From the NCBI RefSeq assembly GCF_009914755.1, contig NC_060929.1: a DNA stretch of 64,000 nucleotides. One strand, given 5' to 3'. The DNA is from the human T2T-CHM13v2.0 reference genome, Homo sapiens. The notes under the pieces are model-generated. The model saw only the letters and a list, made by a program, of their open reading frames with translations, searched no databases and was not told where the DNA came from. A program made the position numbers and the translations under genes. Below, in pieces: positions 57,572-64,000 of the stretch. Numbering within the stretch: the stretch's first letter is position 1; every line of letters starts with the position of its first letter.

Positions 57572-59897
57572 TAGAATCTTCCAGCAGAGGAATATTTTGA
57601 GAAGGTGAGTTACTGTCTGTGTATTTGACCCCCTTTTTTTCCCTATGTAATGCAAACCTTTACAAAATACATTTTCTTTTCGATAAGATGACATCCTTTT
57701 TATTTTTGCTAAGTATGGTTTTATCCTCCTCCTCTCTGTTTAATGGGAGCAGCTGTCCCAACGACAGGATTTAGCTTAAGTTAAAAATAAGAAGGAAAAT
57801 GGTGTACGTAAATGTGAGGACTGATCCTCCCTGAATGAGAGGTAATAGTTCTTAGGGAAAAGTAAGCTGTTCTTACCCTTTTTGTTTTGCCTTGCCAATT
57901 CTGGCCTGTGTCTTCAGAGGCACCTAAGTCTTCAGTGTATTAATTGTTCAGACTTTTGACTCCAAAAGGAGGTTACTTTTTAAAGGCTGACCAATTGCTT
58001 TGGCTATGCTGTCTTAAATGTGGGTCTCTAAGAAATCAGTATGAGCAACTTTCTTTGAGCCTTCAAAGTAAAGTCAAATGCTTGCTCCTCAGCAGGAAAG
58101 TGACTTTAATTAATTCTGGACGACCTTTCCATTGAAAAGCAAAACACTGCCCCAAGGCTTTTTAGAAAGGTTAGGTTGTACCTTTTCCCTCTTATTGTTA
58201 TGAGGCAGATATTAGTGTTCCTCACACAAGTCTTTCTCTCCTGTGTTGTTGTGGATGAGTGCACTTCTTAATAAAGGAAAAACAAAACAAGCAAGTAAAA
58301 ACCCCTGTTTGGAGCCAATTAACTTCTTGATTCTAACAAGAACTGAACTGGAGTATAAAATCTTCCATCACAATAAAATATGACTAAAGACCTCATCAAT
58401 ACTCATTTAACAAATGCTTTGGACTGAACCATCTTTTTCTAATACTTAGGAATTCCATTATTTCTTATTTCAGTGAACATGTTAGAAAAAATTAAGTGAA
58501 ATGGGATTAGGTTTGCCATTTGTCATTTACTCAGAGTAGAATTCCCGTCTGACATGTGGGCACTCATACCAGGGGCTTAATGCTTTTAGTAATTATAAGG
58601 ATCATGTAGAGTATGTTGATTGGTGAGGAAAAAAATCTTTATTAACTGCTCAGAAATAGTTAATTCTTCATTAGTCAGAGCACTGCACTAGAGGCTGCTG
58701 CCTGTGAACCATGGATTAGAGTTTATGATAGTAATAACCTCCCTGAAAAAACATTTGTTACTATACTTAATGACCAGATTTTAGTGCATTAACCTTCCTT
58801 GGGAGGTCAACTAACAAAATGGATGTTAACTGCTTGTAACAACCAATTCCTCTGAAATTAATATTTAGATGCCTTTGGTGTCAAAAAACCTTCCTTCCAT
58901 ATCAGGGCATTAAAAACACTTCTAAATTATTAATAGCAGGCAGAATTCAATGCCTGAAAGATTTCCATTCCAGTGTTCTTTATCCTCAGCCTCTTCCCAT
59001 TTTCTCTAACAAAGTTCTCTTATGCAGGAACAAGGAAGGCATTCAGGAAAATTAGGTCTCAAAAATGCATGTGGGTCAACAATGCACTGCAGTTTTGAAA
59101 AGGTCACTCTTTAAGTTCAACAGAAATAAACATAATAGGAGTGTGAAGGCAGCCCTGAGAGCACACTGAGAACCTGACAGGGACAAACTCCCTGCCAGGC
59201 CTCGGGCTGCACTGCCACAGCCCTATCACCACCTGTCAGGAACTCCTTAACGACATTTTTGCATCCCTTCTGCAACTGACCTCCTGGCTTGGCTCTCCAG
59301 CCCCTCCCCCTCCCTTTAAATTGGAAACAAACCACACTTATGTCAAAACGGCTTCTGAACTAGTTCCTTCCTGAGCAATCCCAGAATATAAAACATGTTC
59401 TGAAAAGCTGCACCATTCCCTGGAGAAACTTTATGATTTGGTTACTGCAGCAGGGCGCGCTGCTCCTTGGCTGTGGTAGCCTTGAGTCAGTGCCAAACAA
59501 TGAAGCAATGCTATTATTAGCCTTTCCATTCAATGGCGACAAAACAGTCCATGTTTCTATTTTCAGACTGTTCTCTTCTGGTGCAATAGATTTGCCAGAA
59601 ACCTAAGCCTCAGGGCTAGCACTGGACCAACAGGGCAAAGTAGGCACCTGAAGCCAAAACATGCACAGTGGCACAAATGTGAAAATGCTTTAATGGTAGT
59701 ATTTTTAGGCAGAGGCAAAATACAGAGCTGGCCAAAGTTCTGTCTGCTGAAACCTGTGCTGGTTTTTACGGAAAGTTACTGCTGGGGTTGGGATAGAATA
59801 CCTGGGATCTCTACCATGAAGTTGCACAATTTAATAATTTTCCCAAATTGCAACTGTGTAGTAACATTTGTGACTCAGTCATTTAAACTGGCCTGTT

Positions 59898-60207
59898 GGC
59901 CAGGCTCAGTGGCTCATGTCTGTAATCCCAGCACTTGGGGAGGCCTAGGCGGGCAGATCCCTGAGCTCAGGAGTTCGAGACCAGCCTGAGCAACACGGTG
60001 AAACCCGTCTGTATTAAAAAATACAAAAATTAGCCAGGCTTGGCGGCGGGCACCTGTAGTCCCAGGTACTAGGAAGGCTGAGGTGGGAGAATCTCTTGAG
60101 CGTGGGAGGCTACAGTGAGGTGTGAACACGCCGCTGCACTCCAGCCTGGGCAACAGAGGGAGACCCTGTCGTGAAAATAAATGAAAATAAATAAATAAAA
60201 AAATAAA
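59898..60207 (+). mobile_element. AluJb-like
   Basis: ctgagctcaggagttcgagacc, gaggtgggagaatctcttgagc. Confidence 0.92.
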
Positions 60208-60389
60208 CCAGCTTGTGTGCTGGCACAGAACGATAGACCAATATTGCACAGAGTTGTGACTTGGATGATAAAGGTGACAAAGTAAAATGCCTGTAGGAAA
60301 GGGTGATTTCCTTATGACATGATCAGTTAGTTACAAGCCCACCAGGATGTTTCCAGAAGAGTCGGGCAACTTGTAGGCATTCTTTTTGA

Positions 60390-60696
<307 letters not shown>

Positions 60697-62416
60697 TGAT
60701 TGTTACTTTCTGATGGATTACTTTTGTAATACTGGAAATTTCGTGTATATAGAGGTCCATAACATTTTTGGCCTGTTTCCACTTGTAAATAAGATTTGCA
60801 ATCTGACCATTCAAGCCGTGCAAATTCTGTATAATAATGATTTTAATTTAATGCCCAGATTCTTCATTGCTTTGGGAATACTGTTCTTGCTAATTGGAAG
60901 GTCATTATACCATTACATATATATTATTCCTCTTTCCTATTGTAGCTGATTCTCTCCTTGTGTATATTATTTTAGGAAAGAAACACTTGCAAGCAGGAAG
61001 TAAGCAATTATTTCTTTTAAACTGTGACAGATTTTGTATATTTAATTGTTAAAATTTCAGATAATGGTATTTCTTTTAAGGTTTGGTGTTTTATTTTTGC
61101 ATTTAAAAATAAAAATAAGACAATTAGGCTAAGTTTATAAAAGGAAAAAATGTGATATCTTGCTTTCTCAAATCTCTTTTGCTAGAAATTATTTTTAACA
61201 GAGACATTTGGAGAAAGAGCTCTTCCCAAATATAAAACTAAAATATGAACTGTTGACATTTCCTCCACTCCTCCTCCCCCATTTTCTACGGAAATATCAT
61301 TTATAGGCTGCTGGAAGCCAGCTTTTAGTCACAGTGTTTTCAATAGTAGGAATGATTAAAACACACTTATTGCCTTGGTCTGCTTTATCTCTAAACTGAT
61401 AAGATTTCTGAAAGCTATTTAACTGTCATGTGAATCATTAACTTCATTATGTTTACGGAGAATATGTTATCTCCCCTGCTTCTTGGGGACATGGATCCTT
61501 CATCAGCGACCTGGATGGCGCTGAGTGTGATGCAGGTAATGTACCTGCACAATTTACTAGTAGCCGGTAAGAGTTTCAAATCAGGATGTTGATTATAGTG
61601 TTGTTCACTTAATGAACTTCCATGCACTGCTTCCTGAAAACCCTTTTATGGTTTCTGTTGGCTCCATATGGCATTCTGATGAGCTTACACTTCTCCTTAA
61701 GTGCTTCTGTATCAGAAAACAAGAGCAAAGCTGAAACAAAGTGAGTCATCTGGTTTTGTCTTTGCTTTCACTGCATGAGATAATGTGGAGGTGTTAATTA
61801 CAAGACTTCACTGAGTCTTGACTAATAACAGTGTGCAAACAAATGTATGTCAGGCTCAGCCACAGAAAAGCTTCTACTAATAAGGTAAAACTAGCAATTA
61901 GAGCTGACAATGAAGTAATACTTTCCGTTGAATATTCATTAATGACGTTCTTGTTTGGGAGAAGGGAGGCTTCTGATTGTTCAGATGGAAACCTAGAATA
62001 GGTCATTTCTTTTAAATGAATTAAACACTGTGTGGTGAGCCAGTGTACTGGATTAATTCCCTTTTGTACTAATGCACTGACCCTTTGCTTCAAAGGCAGA
62101 GCCTGGATGGCCACTAAGATTCTTCAATCTGTGACCTTGGCTTAATAGGGACAAATTGAATTTCCCACAAAGAGAAAAATGATAGTGACCATAGAACATC
62201 ACTAACAATGTGCTGGAAATACTACATGTTTTATTGAAATTCTTCACTGCAGCTCCTAGGGTTGTAAGAATAAAGACTGTGATAACCTCACCTAACCTAA
62301 CTCATATCACTTAGTCTACTGTTCTCTTTCCACTCCCCTCCCCTTCCTTTCCTTCTCTTCCCTTTCCCCTTCCATTCCCTTCTTTATTTTTCTTCCAGAA
62401 AGCAGTTTGACATACA

Positions 62417-63750
62417 TGGTATAATATGAAATACATTTGGTCTGTGTCCCTGGTTTCTGCCTAGAGCTCCTAATCCCCCTGGCATTTCCTGATAGGAGTA
62501 TCTTTCGTTGTTCATAATAAGCCCCTTTGATACTTCCTGAGTTTATGCTAATGATTACTTAGGGTAGGGCCCCTAGATGGCCTCAGGATGGGGCCAGACA
62601 CCAGAAAGACCAGGTGATTAGAGAATTAGGGGTTTGGAACTCTCAGCCCCACTCATGTATTATGTATCTCTGGGAAGGAGAGGGCTTGAGGTCAAGTTCT
62701 ATAAAAACTCTTGAACAACACGATTTGATGAACTTCCAGGTTGCTAAACACGTGGAGGTGTTCATGGAAGCTCCATGCCGCTTCCCCCGTACCTCGCCCT
62801 ATGGATCTCTTCATCTGTCATTTCATCTGTATCCATTATAATAGCCTTTATAATAAACCAGCAAATATAAGTGTTTCCCTGAGTTCTGTGAGCCATCCTA
62901 GCAAATTCATTGAACCCAAGCAAGGGGTTGTGGCTATAGCCAGTTGGTCAGAACTATGAGTGGCCTGGACTGCTGATTGGCATCTGAAGTTGGGGGCAGT
63001 CTTGTGGGACTGATCCTTTAACCTGTGGGATGTGACATTGTCTCCAGTTAGATAGTGTCAGAATTGACTTGAATTAATAGAACTTCCAGTTGGTGTCCAG
63101 TGGAGAACTGCTTGGTGTGGGGAAAAATCCTCACATATCCAGTCACAGAAGAGTTCTGTGTTGAATGTGTTAAAGTGTACCCGCAGCTGACAGACAAAAT
63201 GGACTCCCTATAGCTAACTGAGGTGCTCAAAATTAAAACAGAATCAAGGGGCCATTGCTGGGTGAGGGTCACATACTCTGTGTTCTTAGAAAGATGTTGT
63301 GAAAGTGTCATAGGACCTCCTTTTCTACAATCAAAACAAACCAGTTACTGTTGTCCTGTATTCCATGCCAAGATAAACTGTGGCTGGAACCCTCTCCACC
63401 CCAACCTCCCATAGCTAGAAATATCTGACAGAGACTTCTTTGGGGCTTGGAAACCACACCATCAGGGCTTGAATATTTTGACCAGTCAGAACTGAACAAG
63501 TTTGAATCCTTCATTTGCATAAAATAGACCTGATTGAGAACCAGGGTGAGAACGTTCCCTGTTGAAGCCGGACCTTCCCTTTGATCTTTGGAGAGCACAC
63601 TCTCACTTGTACTGAAGGCTGTGCCTCCCCAATCTGCAGATTATTGTTATAGAAGGTACAGCTTACCCTTTTCCTCCAAAGATCTCATGATCCTTTGTTA
63701 ACAAGTGTGAGGTTAGAGTAAGGAAAAATGGTTTGTGTTTTTTCTTTTAC
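62417..63750 (+). mobile_element. MER21-type LTR interrupted near its 3' end by a second LTR
   Basis: tttggtctgtgtccctggtttctg...cctgagtttatgctaatga...gtttccctgagttctgtgagcc...gtagatagtgtcagaattga-like motifs. Confidence 0.8.
63168..63703. mobile_element. ERV-type solo LTR (subfamily not assigned) nested in MER21
   Basis: Termini tgttaa...ttaaca, imperfect 4-bp TSD aatg/agtg; MER21-like sequence resumes afterwards. Confidence 0.6.
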
Positions 63751-64000
63751 AATGTTTCTTTGAGCACATGAGAGCCTCTGCTTTCAGACCAAAAAGAAGC
63801 CTTCCAGACAAGGGAATGTTAGGCATCTGTGGCTCTTTCATACGTGACATTGTTTCTGAAACGTGATCACAAACAAGTTATACTATCTGAATAATGTATG
63901 TCGTTTTAGCGTGTCAGTGAAGATGCCAAATGAGAGATTCTACTGATAAAAGCATTTCATTTAGTTGGTCTTTAATTGCTCTGTATGTATGTGGCAAAAT

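Overview
Primate (human-like) genomic DNA; AluY-type and LTR12 elements point to human or great ape. The window is non-coding, either intronic or intergenic. I could not support any protein-coding exon, tRNA, rRNA or snRNA gene, CRISPR array or prokaryotic element, and I could not identify the locus. It holds about 28 Alu copies, old L1, L2 and MIR fragments, and MaLR and ERV solo LTRs (MLT1, MST, MER34, MER61-like, LTR41-like, LTR12, MER21). It also holds DNA transposon relics (MER30, MER5A, MER1A, Tigger), microsatellites and a 37-bp AT-rich minisatellite. Nearly all long ORFs are repeat-derived. Repeat family names come from my recollection of consensus sequences, not from a search. The most notable observations follow. 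(1) A 99-bp and a 17-bp segment copied from an MLT1 1.2-1.5 kb downstream sit inside the AT-rich repeat, like a templated-insertion repair scar. (2) There is a perfect 20-bp-stem palindrome in unique sequence. (3) A chain of good + strand splice sites runs from 21.4 to 24.2 kb and includes a 9-nt microexon-like unit. (4) A full-length CpG-rich LTR12 retains its promoter motifs. (5) There is a perfect ER6 nuclear-receptor element. I found no convincing evidence of a new multi-gene system.
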